Shown: positions 46,254 through 55,309 of the stretch, piece by piece
How the letters are laid out: every line of letters begins with the position of its first letter
Numbering within the stretch: the stretch's first letter is position 1
Source: an uncultured Chloroflexia bacterium
Lineage (GTDB): Bacteria > Chloroflexota > Limnocylindria > Limnocylindrales > CSP1-4
Direction of reading: 5' to 3'
Assembly: GCA_963791725.1 (NCBI GenBank)
Contig: CAWBTQ010000005.1
Span: 16,366 to 80,365, forward strand
Length of the DNA stretch: 64,000 bases
The notes under the pieces: model-generated
The model's input: the letters and a program-made list of their open reading frames with translations, nothing else
Databases searched by the model: none
What the model was told of the DNA's origin: nothing
Program-made: the position numbers and the translations under genes

Positions 46254-47111
46254 ATGGACGGGAAACGGACTGCGCTCGGCGCGGCGGCATGGCTCGGCCG
46301 CTCGGAATCGATCGCGCCGACGGTACTCATCCTCGGTGGATTCCTCACCGGCCCGCCGCTCTACCGGTCGGTGGGCCGCAGGTTGATGGATCGCGGCGCG
46401 GCCGGTGCCGTCATCGCCGACGTCTGGACTCCCGATTGGCTGCTCGCGGGCGTCCGCGGCGTGGGGCCGATCTGCAGCCGCTCGGCCAGGGCACTGCGTG
46501 AAGCCGTCTCCCTCTCCAACGAGGTCTCCGGCGGAGCGCCGCTGCTCGTGGTCGGGCATTCTGCGGGCGGGATCACGGGCCGCCTTCTCACGGCGCCCGA
46601 GCCCCTCGAAGGTCGGAGGTTCGCGGCATCGCCGTGGATCGGCGCGATCGTCAGCCTCGGCACTCCGCACCGGCTGTCGGCCGGACGCGGTATAGGCGGC
46701 CGTATCCACGCCGTCGCGACGTCGGTCGCCGACGCCGAGGTGCCGGGCGCGTTCTTCGCGCCACAGATCGGATACCTGTCTGTTGCCTCGCGGGCCATCC
46801 GCAGCAACGCCCGGGGGACGGGCCGCGAACGCGTCGCGCATCTGCTTTATCGATCGATCATCGGTCGCGCGGCCGTCCCCGGGACGGAAGGCGACGGCCA
46901 GGTGCCCGTCGTGGCGACCGAGCTGGACGGTGCCGGCCGGATCGTCCTCGATTCGGCCATTCACGGCCCGGGCGCCGGTGCCAGTTGGTACGGTTCGGAG
47001 AGTGTGGTCGACGATTGGTGGCCGGCCGCGGTGGAAACCTGGCGTTCGGCGCTTCGGTTCCGTGAAGCCACGGGTGGCTCGGCCGGTCGGGGCATCAGAG
47101 GCGCCGCCTGA
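46254..47111 (+). CDS. Alpha/beta-hydrolase (lipase/esterase-like).
   Basis: The nucleophile elbow GHSAGG and an alpha/beta-hydrolase core are present. The start is the ATG at 46254, with a GTG at 46203 as alternative. Confidence 0.68.
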   Translation: MDGKRTALGAAAWLGRSESIAPTVLILGGFLTGPPLYRSVGRRLMDRGAAGAVIADVWTPDWLLAGVRGVGPICSRSARALREAVSLSNEVSGGAPLLVVGHSAGGITGRLLTAPEPLEGRRFAASPWIGAIVSLGTPHRLSAGRGIGGRIHAVATSVADAEVPGAFFAPQIGYLSVASRAIRSNARGTGRERVAHLLYRSIIGRAAVPGTEGDGQVPVVATELDGAGRIVLDSAIHGPGAGASWYGSESVVDDWWPAAVETWRSALRFREATGGSAGRGIRGAA

Positions 47112-47189
47112 GCGGCGGATCACCATCGCCTGGGCTGACCGCGGACTCTCGGGTTTGACGGGCTCCTCTGGCATCGCTACAGTTCCCGG

Positions 47190-47264
47190 CGCGGGGTGGA
47201 GCAGCGGCAGCTCGTCGGGCTCATAACCCGAAGGTCGGCGGTTCGAATCCGTCCCCCGCAACCA
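47190..47264 (+). tRNA. Initiator tRNA-fMet (anticodon CAT).
   Basis: A C1xA72 mismatch and three consecutive G-C pairs in the anticodon stem (TCGGGCTCATAACCCGA) mark it as an initiator. The T-arm is GGTTCGAATCC, and the sequence is near-identical to E. coli tRNA-fMet. Confidence 0.88.
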
Positions 47265-47279
47265 ATACCGCAAAACGTG

Positions 47280-47303
47280 AAACCCGGCCGAGAGGCCGGG
47301 TTT
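47280..47303. terminator. Bidirectional intrinsic terminator.
   Basis: A perfect 10-bp stem AAACCCGGCC / GGCCGGGTTT with a GAGA loop is flanked by T-runs on both strands. It lies between the 3' end of tRNA-fMet and the 3' end of the convergent gene at 47358. Confidence 0.6.
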
Positions 47304-47357
47304 CGTGCTTGGGTCTAGTTGTCGGGTCGGGCGACGACCCTGGTGGCTTGCCGCGCG

Positions 47358-47777
47358 CTAGCTCTTCGGGGTCGGCGTCGGGCCGCCGGTCGGCAGGGCG
47401 CAGGTGGTGATGTTCTGGTTCTTGTTGTGGCCGTGATTGTCCTTGGCGATGGACGAGACCCACTGGCCGTGATTCTTGAAGCCACTCGGCGTGGTCGCCT
47501 GAGCCGCGAGCGAGACCACGCAGCCGTGGTTCACAGGATGACTGGCCTCGGGGCTGCCATTCGGCTTGGCCGCCTCGCTGGACTCGGCTGCTTCCGACTG
47601 CTCAGGCGCGTCGGTGGGTTCGTTGCTCTCGGCCGCGTCGGTCCGATGCGCCGTCGCCGCCGAGGGCAAGGGCTGGGAGTGGCTCGGGTCCACGGAGAGT
47701 GGCCCTGCTGCGAGAACCGCGGTCGCCGAGAGGGCCAGGATGGCCAGCGCGATAGATGCCGCCCGAAATCGGTGCAT
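47358..47777 (-). CDS. Secreted His-rich small protein (hypothetical).
   Basis: A signal peptide (MHRFRAASIALAILALSATAVLAA) is present. The mature part has HPVNHGC, NHGHNKNQN and 2 Cys. The start is at the ATG at 47777, with a GGAGGA RBS. Confidence 0.55.
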   Translation of the reverse strand: MHRFRAASIALAILALSATAVLAAGPLSVDPSHSQPLPSAATAHRTDAAESNEPTDAPEQSEAAESSEAAKPNGSPEASHPVNHGCVVSLAAQATTPSGFKNHGQWVSSIAKDNHGHNKNQNITTCALPTGGPTPTPKS

Positions 47778-48072
47778 CTCTTCCTCCGTAGACTGCTTGT
47801 GTGTTCGTCCCCGGTGCTGAAACGAGCGTTGGATGAAAACGTTACTGGCATGCGATGAGTGCGCGCCCACTCTAGTCCGCCGCTTCTCGTGCTGTCATCC
47901 CTGACCTTCTGACGTTCCGCCGCTGGCGTGGACCATCAATGGGTCATGCTCGAGTGGTACGAACTGACCTGGACCGCGATTGGCGGACGTCGCCCGCCGG
48001 GTCGGGGGTAGGGAGAAGGGGGGTCGGGAATCGCGGGTCCGGGTCAGCGGGATGCCATCTCGCCGAGGCGGT

Positions 48073-48414
48073 CTAGCGGCGGTTCCTGGCGTGGCAGTCG
48101 ATGCAGTCGGTCGCCCAGGGCAGAGCCTCGAGTCGCTCGGGTGCGATCGGCTGGCCGCAGCTCACGCACCGCCCGAACGTCCCCGCCTCGATCCGGCGCA
48201 GCGCACCCTCGATCTGACCCAGGTGCTGCTCCTCTCGCCCGCGAAGCTGCTGACCGCGCTGACTCTCGGAGACTTCTGTCGAAGAAGCGGTCTGGGCCCC
48301 ATGCGCGACCCGCGGGTGCTCGACCTCCTCGGACAGCTCGAGCCGGATCCGTTCGCGCTCGCTCTCCAGCGTCCGCCGTGCGACTTCGACGAGATTGGCG
48401 TCCATGACCCGCAT
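48073..48414 (-). CDS. TraR/DksA-family C4-type zinc-finger protein.
   Basis: The C-terminal motif [26 protein letters not shown] is preceded by a coiled-coil region. The start is trimmed to the ATG at 48414. Confidence 0.72.
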   Translation of the reverse strand: MRVMDANLVEVARRTLESERERIRLELSEEVEHPRVAHGAQTASSTEVSESQRGQQLRGREEQHLGQIEGALRRIEAGTFGRCVSCGQPIAPERLEALPWATDCIDCHARNRR

Positions 48415-48607
48415 CGTACGCCGCTCGATGAGGTAGTGCGCGCCTATCCGAACACAGTCCTGCCAATCGTCATGCGGGCCTCGGAGCTTCGCCCTCGCGC
48501 GCGCGTTGTCGTAGGCGGCCGACGGCAACTCGGCCTAGACTCATCCCGGAGATCAGCCGCCAGGGGGCCGGCTCGTATCCGGCCAGCCAGTCGAGTCAAG
48601 GAGCACC

Positions 48608-48775
48608 ATGGCACCAGCGAAGGATCCCGTCTGCGGGATGGAGGTCGACACCGCCACCGACCTCAAGTTCGAATATGACGGCGAGACCTACTACTTCTGC
48701 AGCCGCGGTTGCAAGCTCGACTTCGAGGAAGATCCCGAGAAGTACCTCGATCCCGAGTACGAACCGCATATGTAG
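48608..48775 (+). CDS. YHS-domain mini-protein (55 aa), absent from the ORF track.
   Basis: MAPAKDPVCGMEVDTATDLKFEYDGETYYFCSRGCKLDFEEDPEKY matches the YHS/TRASH metal-binding motif (CGM-x-V...YYFCS..C). An RBS AAGGAG lies 4 nt upstream of the ATG. Confidence 0.7.
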   Translation: MAPAKDPVCGMEVDTATDLKFEYDGETYYFCSRGCKLDFEEDPEKYLDPEYEPHM

Positions 48776-48899
48776 GCCTCCCGGCCGCACGGTCGGCCGG
48801 ACCGGACCCGGCTTGCGTGGTACGCTCAGAGCGAGCGTTGGGAGTGCCGCTGGGCCTCCAGCCTGACGAACAAAACCACGACACACCAGGAGAAGCCCG

Positions 48900-49187
48900 A
48901 TGGCCTATGTGATCGCCGAGCCCTGCGTCGATGTGATGGACCAGGCGTGTGTGTCGGTCTGCCCGGTCGACTGTATCCACTTCGACGAGGGCACGGACCG
49001 CACTCTCTACATCGACCCCAACGAGTGCATCGACTGTGGCGCCTGCGAACCTGAGTGCCCGGTCAACGCCATCTTCACCGAGGACGCGCTTCCCGCCCAG
49101 TGGACCGCCTACACCGAGGTGAACGCTCTCTGGTACACCGACAAGGATGCCGCTCGGGCAAAGGTCGAGGCCTTGAAGCCGGCCTGA
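48900..49187 (+). CDS. fdxA: Ferredoxin (7Fe type, [3Fe-4S][4Fe-4S]).
   Basis: [27 protein letters not shown]...[13 protein letters not shown] matches actinobacterial FdxA. An AGGAGA RBS lies upstream. Confidence 0.92.
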   Translation: MAYVIAEPCVDVMDQACVSVCPVDCIHFDEGTDRTLYIDPNECIDCGACEPECPVNAIFTEDALPAQWTAYTEVNALWYTDKDAARAKVEALKPA

Positions 49188-49206
49188 TTCTCGCTCCGAC
49201 CCGTGG

Positions 49207-49238
49207 GCGCCCGGCCGTTCGGCCGGGCGCTTCTGATT
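49207..49238 (+). terminator. Intrinsic terminator after fdxA.
   Basis: GCGCCCGGCC gttc GGCCGGGCGC is followed by TTCTGATT, about 20 nt past the stop. Confidence 0.55.
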
Positions 49239-49345
49239 CCGACGCGGTGGTGGGGCCTGGCGGCACAGCCGCTGAGGGCACCCCAACTGAGCGAGACCGC
49301 GAGCGGGATCGCCGAGTCCTGAGCCGCTCCGGCTAGACTTGCGCG

Positions 49346-50281
49346 ATGCGCATCGCATCCCTCCTGCCGTCCGCCACCGAGATCGTCTGTGCCCTGGGGC
49401 TGCGCGATCAGCTCGTCGGGATCAGTCACCGCTGCGACTTCCCGCCGGAGCTCGAGGGAGTGGCCGTGGTCACTCGCGCCATGCCCGCCGCAGCGGCCGC
49501 GGCGACGGAATCGGCAGGGGCTTCGGCCGGCCGATACGCCCAGGGCGCCGGTGCGGACGACGAACTGGGGCCGAGCCGGCTCGATCGGGCTCTGCTGCTC
49601 GCGGGCGAGCCGGAACTGGTGATCGTGGGTGGGCACGGCCTCGGGCCGGGAACGCGCGACGTCGAGGCCGCTCTCGTGGGCATGGCCGTCTCGCCCGAGA
49701 TCGTCTGCCTGGACCCCGTCACGCTCGAAGGGATCTTCCACTCCCTGATCACCATCGGGGCGATGACCGAGACCGAAGACGATGCCATAGAACTGCTCGA
49801 AGGTCTACGCGAGGACCTCAGCAATATCGAACAGACGGTCGTGGCCCGCAACGATCAGGGGCTCCGACCAAAGCGAGTGGTGTTGCTCGAGGGGTTGTCG
49901 CCCCTGCGAGCCAGCGGACGGTGGGTGCCGGAGCAAGTTCGACGCGCCGGCGGTTGGGAGCTCCTCGGTCGAGAGGGTGAGCCTTCATCACCGACTTCAT
50001 GGGAAGCCATCCGAGACGTCGACCCGGAGATGCTGCTGTTCGCCCCTTCGGGACTGACGGTTCTCGAGGCTCAAGCGATCTGGCGGGCGACCGAGCGGCC
50101 CGCATTCTGGGACGACCTCGAAGCCGTCAGGCGGGGCCAGGTCTTCTTCGTCGAGCCGGTCTACTTCTGCCGGCCCGGCCCCCGGGTCCTCGACGGTGTC
50201 GGCATGCTTGCCGAAATCTTCGACCCCGAAGGCTTCATCGACACGTCCCCGCCGGACAGCTGGACGCCCCTCGTCGAGTAG
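49346..50281 (+). CDS. Periplasmic-binding-protein type III (BtuF / Fe-siderophore-like) protein without a signal peptide.
   Basis: MRIASLLPSATEIVCALGL...VGISHRCDFP matches the start of the cobalamin/siderophore-binding fold. No adjacent permease or ATPase gene is present. Confidence 0.72.
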   Translation: MRIASLLPSATEIVCALGLRDQLVGISHRCDFPPELEGVAVVTRAMPAAAAAATESAGASAGRYAQGAGADDELGPSRLDRALLLAGEPELVIVGGHGLGPGTRDVEAALVGMAVSPEIVCLDPVTLEGIFHSLITIGAMTETEDDAIELLEGLREDLSNIEQTVVARNDQGLRPKRVVLLEGLSPLRASGRWVPEQVRRAGGWELLGREGEPSSPTSWEAIRDVDPEMLLFAPSGLTVLEAQAIWRATERPAFWDDLEAVRRGQVFFVEPVYFCRPGPRVLDGVGMLAEIFDPEGFIDTSPPDSWTPLVE

Positions 50282-50409
50282 CGCGGGTCGCCGCGACGTG
50301 CGTCCAGTTCTCCACGATCCCCCGGCGCGATTTCAGGATGCTTTCAGCCGTCGACACCACTATTCCCATCAGCTCCTCCCTTCCTCCCAGGGCTAAGACG
50401 AGAACAGAC

Positions 50410-50441
50410 AGCCGGTCGCTTTCCTCCCTCAGCGACCGGCT
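50410..50441 (+). promoter_or_regulatory. Strong hairpin with a CU-rich loop in the proC upstream region (candidate leader or terminator).
   Basis: An 11-bp perfect stem AGCCGGTCGCT / AGCGACCGGCT encloses the loop TTCCTCCCTC, followed by a G7 run. It lies about 120 nt upstream of the proC ATG and about 130 nt downstream of the previous stop, in a locally lower-GC tract with repeated CTCCTCCC. Confidence 0.35.
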
Positions 50442-50559
50442 CTCGTCTGTCTGGGGGGGTGGCGCGACCCGGAGTGTTCCATTGGTTTGCGGGCCGCAGC
50501 ACGCAATTACGCGCGAAACCGGCCCTCCTCGGCCCCCGACCGAGCCTATACTCGCCGGC

Positions 50560-51486
50560 ATGTCGCCTCTTTCGAACCGAACCGTAGCGACAATCGGCTC
50601 AGGAGTGATGGCTGAGTCGATCATTGCCGGGCTGCTGCGCGGCAAGCTGGTGGAGCCCGGACAGATCGTCGGCAGCGAGCCGCGAGTCGAGCGCCGCGAT
50701 GAATTGACAGGCCGGTACGGCGTCCGGATGGTCGCCTCCAACCTCGAGGCGGCGCGCGGAGCGGACGTCATCCTGCTCTCGGTAAAGCCCCAGACCCTGA
50801 CCAAGGTAGGTCACGAGCTCGGAGGCCACCTCCGCCCCAACCAGCTCGTGGTCTCGATCGTGGCAGGTGCGAACTGCAAGGTTCTCACGAACCTGCTGGA
50901 CCACCGTGAGGTCGTGCGCAGCATGCCCAACACCCCCGCGCAGATCGGGCGCGGCATGACCGTGTGGTACGCCACGCCGGAGGTCACGGCGGAGCAGGCC
51001 GACCAGGCTCGCGTCCTGCTGCGCGCCCTCGGGACGGATCTGCAGGTCGAAGACGAGCGGTTTGTCGAGATGGCGACCGCGGTCAGCGGCACGGGCCCGG
51101 CCTACGTGTTCCTCGTCATGGAGGCCTTGATCGACGCGGCCGTCCATCTCGGGTTCCCGCGTCACGTCGCCCACGACCTGGTGATCGAGACGCTCGAGGG
51201 CAGCACCGCCTTTGCCAAGGCCACGGCCCAGCACCCGGCGGTGCTGCGGAACATGGTCACCTCGCCGGGCGGGACGAGCGCCTCGGCCATCCACGAGCTC
51301 GAGTCGGGCCGGCTCCGTACGGTGCTTTCCGAGGCGGTGTGGGCCTCGTACCGGCGGACGATCGAGCTGGGTGCCGACCTCGAGAAGGGCCTTGGGTTGA
51401 ACGAGGGATCGACGGACGCGTCCGTCGACGGCAAGGCGGCCTCGGGGACCGGGCCGGGGGCATCGGCCCGCCGGTTGGGCCGCTGA
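50560..51486 (+). CDS. proC: Pyrroline-5-carboxylate reductase.
   Basis: The NADP Rossmann motif ATIGSGVMAESI and the blocks SVKPQ, MPNTPA and GSGPAY are ProC signatures. The start is the ATG at 50560 within ORF 49999. Confidence 0.88.
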   Translation: MSPLSNRTVATIGSGVMAESIIAGLLRGKLVEPGQIVGSEPRVERRDELTGRYGVRMVASNLEAARGADVILLSVKPQTLTKVGHELGGHLRPNQLVVSIVAGANCKVLTNLLDHREVVRSMPNTPAQIGRGMTVWYATPEVTAEQADQARVLLRALGTDLQVEDERFVEMATAVSGTGPAYVFLVMEALIDAAVHLGFPRHVAHDLVIETLEGSTAFAKATAQHPAVLRNMVTSPGGTSASAIHELESGRLRTVLSEAVWASYRRTIELGADLEKGLGLNEGSTDASVDGKAASGTGPGASARRLGR

Positions 51487-51487
51487 C

Positions 51488-52366
51488 GTGCCCGCCGCGA
51501 CCGGCTCCGGCGCTTCGGCGACGCCGGAGGGCCTGCTCGCTATCTTCGCCCACCCCGACGACGAGAGCTATGGCGCCGGCGGAGTGATGGCCCTCGCGGC
51601 GGCGGCCGGGAATCCGGTCTGGGTGCTGTGTGCGACCAACGGCGACCAGGGTGGACGGCCGGGCGAGATGGGCGTGGATCATTCCCTGGATCCCGAGATC
51701 CGGCGCGAGGAGCTGGCCTGTGCCTGCCGGGAGCTGGGCATCGCCGAGCCGATCTTCCTCGGTTATCGCGACTCGGGCATGGAAGGCTGGGGTGCGCCGG
51801 AGGGCGCATTGAGCCGCGCCCCCCAAGAGGAGGTCGTGGAGCGGATCCTGGCCGTCATCCGGCGACTTCGACCGGCCGTGATCGTCACCTTCGATCCGGG
51901 CGGGGTCTACGGCCACCCGGATCACACCGCATGCTCGGCCACGGCAACCGCGGCCTACATGCGGGCGACCAGGGAGCCGGGCGGTCCCGTCGCGCTCTAC
52001 CACCAGGCTCTGCCGCGCTCGGTCGTGGCCGGCATGCAGGCGGCGATGGAGGCCGAGCGGCGCCGCTCCGGCGACGAGGCGCCGCCGTCCGAGGACGACC
52101 TGCGCCAGGCGGAGGCGTTCCAGAAGCTCGCCCGACCCGACGAAGAGATCACCACCGTCGTCTCGATCGCGCCGGTTGTCGAGCGCAAGATCGCGGCCCT
52201 GTCCTGCCATGACAGCCAGATGCGCGGCCGTCGCTGGGACGATCCCGAGCAGCGAGCCGAGATGGAGCGGATGTTCGGCACCGAAACCTTCGTTCGGGTG
52301 GACCCGGCGCCTCAGCCGGGCGAGAAGGAGGACCGGTTCCTGGCACTGAAGTGGGGCGACTCATGA
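51488..52366 (+). CDS. PIG-L/LmbE-family N-acetylglucosaminyl deacetylase.
   Basis: AIFAHPDDESYGAGGVMA and the HPDH zinc-binding motif are present. The GTG start is at 51488. Confidence 0.85.
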   Translation: MPAATGSGASATPEGLLAIFAHPDDESYGAGGVMALAAAAGNPVWVLCATNGDQGGRPGEMGVDHSLDPEIRREELACACRELGIAEPIFLGYRDSGMEGWGAPEGALSRAPQEEVVERILAVIRRLRPAVIVTFDPGGVYGHPDHTACSATATAAYMRATREPGGPVALYHQALPRSVVAGMQAAMEAERRRSGDEAPPSEDDLRQAEAFQKLARPDEEITTVVSIAPVVERKIAALSCHDSQMRGRRWDDPEQRAEMERMFGTETFVRVDPAPQPGEKEDRFLALKWGDS

Positions 52367-54351
52367 GAGAGCGCCGCGGTGGCAGAGAGACCTCCCTGGT
52401 GACAGCCGAGCCCACTAACCGCGTTGGGCCGGATCTGATCCGCACCCGCCGGCCCTCGCGCGACGGGCTCACGATCGAACAGGCCGCGGCCGTCGAGTCG
52501 CCGCGCGAATTCCGCCTGTCCCCCGACGGCCGCCGCATCGCCTTCACGGCAGAGGCCGCCGGCGCCCGTCAGATCTTCCTCATGCCGGTCCGCGGCGGCT
52601 ACCCCGAACAGCTCACCGCGACCGAGAAGCCGGCATCGGATCCGCAGTGGTCGCCCGACGGCCGCCGCATCGCCTTCGTCCGCGACGACGCCATCTGGAT
52701 GACCGACGTTGAAGGTTCGCACCAGGCGCTGGTGACCCAACATCCCGCCGGGAACCGATTGCCACGCTGGTGTGCCGACGGCCATCAGATCGGGTTCATC
52801 TCACGCCGGCGCGGCTGGGACCAGCTGTGGGTCGTGGATGCGCCCGTGCCGCGCCGGGGCCGGCCGGCGACGCGGCCGCGGTCGGCCGAACCGACGCCGC
52901 TGAGCCAGACCGGCGTGGACGTCGGTGAGTTCGTTTGGTCGCCTGACGGCCGCCAGATCGCCATCACGTCGCAGCGGCTGCCGGACCTGCTGACGTCGCA
53001 GGTCCATATCGTGGACGCGGCCACTGGGGCAGAACGGCTGGTCGCGGGCGAGAGCTCCTGGGATGTGGGGCCGCGCTGGTTGCCCGATGGCTCGGGCCTG
53101 CTCGTCGTCTCGGATGGGGAAGGACCCTTCCAGGTCGTACTCGTCTCCGCCGACGGCCGCGACCGGACCGTCCTCACGAGCGGCCAGCACGAGCATGGCG
53201 AGCCGGGCGCCGGCCCCGGCTGGGTTGCCCTGCCGTCGCCGGACGGCCGGCGCTTCGCTCACATCGAAATGCGAGATGGGCTGGTCGATCTGCTCGTCGG
53301 CGATCTCCCAAACGGGGCCGGTGGTCCCTTGCCGGGCGGCGGCCTGCGATCGGCGGTTGTGAGTCCGCATGAAGGGCTGTGGAGGGTAGCCGGCTGGCTG
53401 CCCGACTCGTCGGCGGTCATCGCCACGGGCATGAGCGAGCGCTCCCCGGACGACCTGTGGCTCCTGCCGATGCCCGAGGTCGTCGGCGAGGGCGCCCGGC
53501 CTCGCCAGCTGACGCATTCGCTTCCGACGGTGATCGACTCGGCTCGTTTTGCCGCAGGGACACGGGTCTCATTCAAGGCGAGGGACGGGCTGTCGATCGA
53601 AGGCACCCTCTATCTGCCACCGAGCGCCGTCGCCGAAGAAGCGACGCGCGTGCCGTGCGTGGTGCACTCGCACGGTGGGCCCACGGCACAGGCGTACCGT
53701 GACTGGCAGCCGCTCCGTCAGCTCGTCGTCGAAGCGGGCATGGCGTTCTTCTCGGTCGACTTCCGCGGCTCAAGTGGCTATGGCCGGGACTTCCGCCTGG
53801 CCAACCGTGGCGAGTGGGGCCATGCTGACGCCTTCGACGTCATAGATGCGGGTCGCTGGGCCGCGGCCCAGCCATGGTGCGATGGGCGGCTGGCCCATTA
53901 CGGCGCCTCGTACGGTGGCTACATGACGCTGTGCGTCCTCACGGAGGAGCCGTCCATGTGGCGGGCGGGCGTCGACCTGTACGGCGACTCGGAGATCGCC
54001 GAGAGCTACGGCCACGGCGACCGGCCTGGCCGGATCGACCTGGAACGGATGATGGGCAAGCCCGACGATCCGGCCGCCACGCCAGCCTACCGCCGCGGGT
54101 CGCCGCTCTATCGGGCGGAGCGGATCGAGGCGCCACTGCTCATTCTCCACGGCCGAAAGGACAAGCGAGTCGTCCCGCTCATGTCGGAGAAGATGGTCGA
54201 GGCGCTCGAGATCGAGGGCAAGCACTACCAGGTGCACTGGTACGACGAAGAGGCGCACGGCTGGCAGCGGCGCGAAAACAAGCGCGATGCCTGGAAGCAG
54301 ATCCTCGACTTTCTGCGGCGTCACGTCCAGGAACAGGTGGACGAGGACTGA
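52363..54351 (+). CDS. S9-family serine peptidase (prolyl oligopeptidase / acylaminoacyl-peptidase type).
   Basis: An N-terminal TolB-like propeller (repeated SPDGRRIAF) precedes a C-terminal alpha/beta-hydrolase domain with the catalytic GASYGG, later Asp/His and the HGRKD block. The ATG at 52363 overlaps the upstream stop (ATGA). Confidence 0.85.
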   Translation: MRERRGGRETSLVTAEPTNRVGPDLIRTRRPSRDGLTIEQAAAVESPREFRLSPDGRRIAFTAEAAGARQIFLMPVRGGYPEQLTATEKPASDPQWSPDGRRIAFVRDDAIWMTDVEGSHQALVTQHPAGNRLPRWCADGHQIGFISRRRGWDQLWVVDAPVPRRGRPATRPRSAEPTPLSQTGVDVGEFVWSPDGRQIAITSQRLPDLLTSQVHIVDAATGAERLVAGESSWDVGPRWLPDGSGLLVVSDGEGPFQVVLVSADGRDRTVLTSGQHEHGEPGAGPGWVALPSPDGRRFAHIEMRDGLVDLLVGDLPNGAGGPLPGGGLRSAVVSPHEGLWRVAGWLPDSSAVIATGMSERSPDDLWLLPMPEVVGEGARPRQLTHSLPTVIDSARFAAGTRVSFKARDGLSIEGTLYLPPSAVAEEATRVPCVVHSHGGPTAQAYRDWQPLRQLVVEAGMAFFSVDFRGSSGYGRDFRLANRGEWGHADAFDVIDAGRWAAAQPWCDGRLAHYGASYGGYMTLCVLTEEPSMWRAGVDLYGDSEIAESYGHGDRPGRIDLERMMGKPDDPAATPAYRRGSPLYRAERIEAPLLILHGRKDKRVVPLMSEKMVEALEIEGKHYQVHWYDEEAHGWQRRENKRDAWKQILDFLRRHVQEQVDED

Positions 54352-54364
54352 GGGAGGGACGGTT

Positions 54365-54781
54365 ATGTGGGGCCGTCGCGGGCGGGTGAACCTGGTCGAC
54401 ACGCCGGAGATAGCGGCGTTCTTCGAGCGGCTCGACCACCTCAACAAAGAGCAGCTGCTGAGCCTTCATGCCGCCTGGCAAGCCGCGGGTCGCACGGCGC
54501 ATGAAGACGCGTGGACCTCGGTCCGGGCGGTCGGCGCTCGAGACGGGTTGACCAGGGAGATCGAACGGGTGCGCAACAAGGCTCTCAGATGGGCCTCGCG
54601 TGGCTCCGATTCGATCCCGTACCAGCTGGTCGACGATTCGGAGTGGCTTCAGATCAAGATCGACGCCGGCGGGGCGATCGTCGATGCGGCGCTGGCCATC
54701 GCGCTCGGCGACCATCTGGACGAAGCCTCTCACTCCGCCCTCATCGGGCCCTGGTTGCAGGTAACGCAGGCGGTCGAATAG
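54365..54781 (+). CDS. Hypothetical protein.
   Basis: A GGGAGGGA RBS lies upstream of the ATG at 54365. The 138-aa protein has no recognised motif. Confidence 0.45.
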   Translation: MWGRRGRVNLVDTPEIAAFFERLDHLNKEQLLSLHAAWQAAGRTAHEDAWTSVRAVGARDGLTREIERVRNKALRWASRGSDSIPYQLVDDSEWLQIKIDAGGAIVDAALAIALGDHLDEASHSALIGPWLQVTQAVE

Positions 54782-54876
54782 GCCCCGTCCACCTAAAGGA
54801 CCCGGCGTCGGCGGTCGGTCGAGTTGCCGGGCCGGTGCTCCGCACGGCTTTCCCGCAGGCGATGTAGGCTGCCGGC

Positions 54877-55305
54877 GTGGCCGACCTTCGAGTTGAGTTG
54901 CTGGTGATCGAGGACTGTCCGCATCTCGAGCAGGCCCATCGCGACCTCGAGACCGTTCTCCGCAAGGGCATCATCGAGGTGCCCATTCAGGTCGTCTTCG
55001 TAGGCAGCGCCGACGATGCCGAGTTCCTCGACTTCCCGGGCTCGCCGACGATCCGCATAAACGGCGAAGACGTGGTTCCACAGCCCGAGTCGCCGGTCGC
55101 GCTTGGCTGCCGGATCTACCGCGACGCCGATGGCAACGTGCTCGGCTCGCCGCCGATCGAGGCGATTCGGGCGGCAGTCGACGCCCACCGGCGGGGGCGG
55201 CTCGAGGCCTTCCAGCGCGATGAGGCGGCCAGGGTCGCCGACTTCGCGCGCGAGGCGGCGGCATCCGAAACATCGGACGATTCCCATAGACAGCGGGAGG
55301 ACTGA
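54877..55305 (+). CDS. Thioredoxin-fold small protein (Thioredoxin_3-like, single-Cys CPHL variant).
   Basis: EDCPHLE ... FPGSPTIRINGEDV resembles the C-x-x-C ... SPA-L-V-I-D-G pattern of small thioredoxin-family proteins, but only one Cys is present. The gene has a GTG start. Confidence 0.45.
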   Translation: MADLRVELLVIEDCPHLEQAHRDLETVLRKGIIEVPIQVVFVGSADDAEFLDFPGSPTIRINGEDVVPQPESPVALGCRIYRDADGNVLGSPPIEAIRAAVDAHRRGRLEAFQRDEAARVADFAREAAASETSDDSHRQRED

Positions 55306-55309
55306 GCAC

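Noticed and set aside
44367-47273. 968-aa ORF that seems to extend the CtpA protease far upstream.
   Set aside because: The extension overlaps the divergent alpha/beta-hydrolase gene and the tRNA-fMet gene. A proper ATG with a GGAGG RBS lies at 46136.
49188-49345. Cobalamin riboswitch upstream of the BtuF-like gene.
   Set aside because: No B12-box-like GCCACTG core or conserved P-stem pattern is present. The region mostly holds the fdxA terminator.
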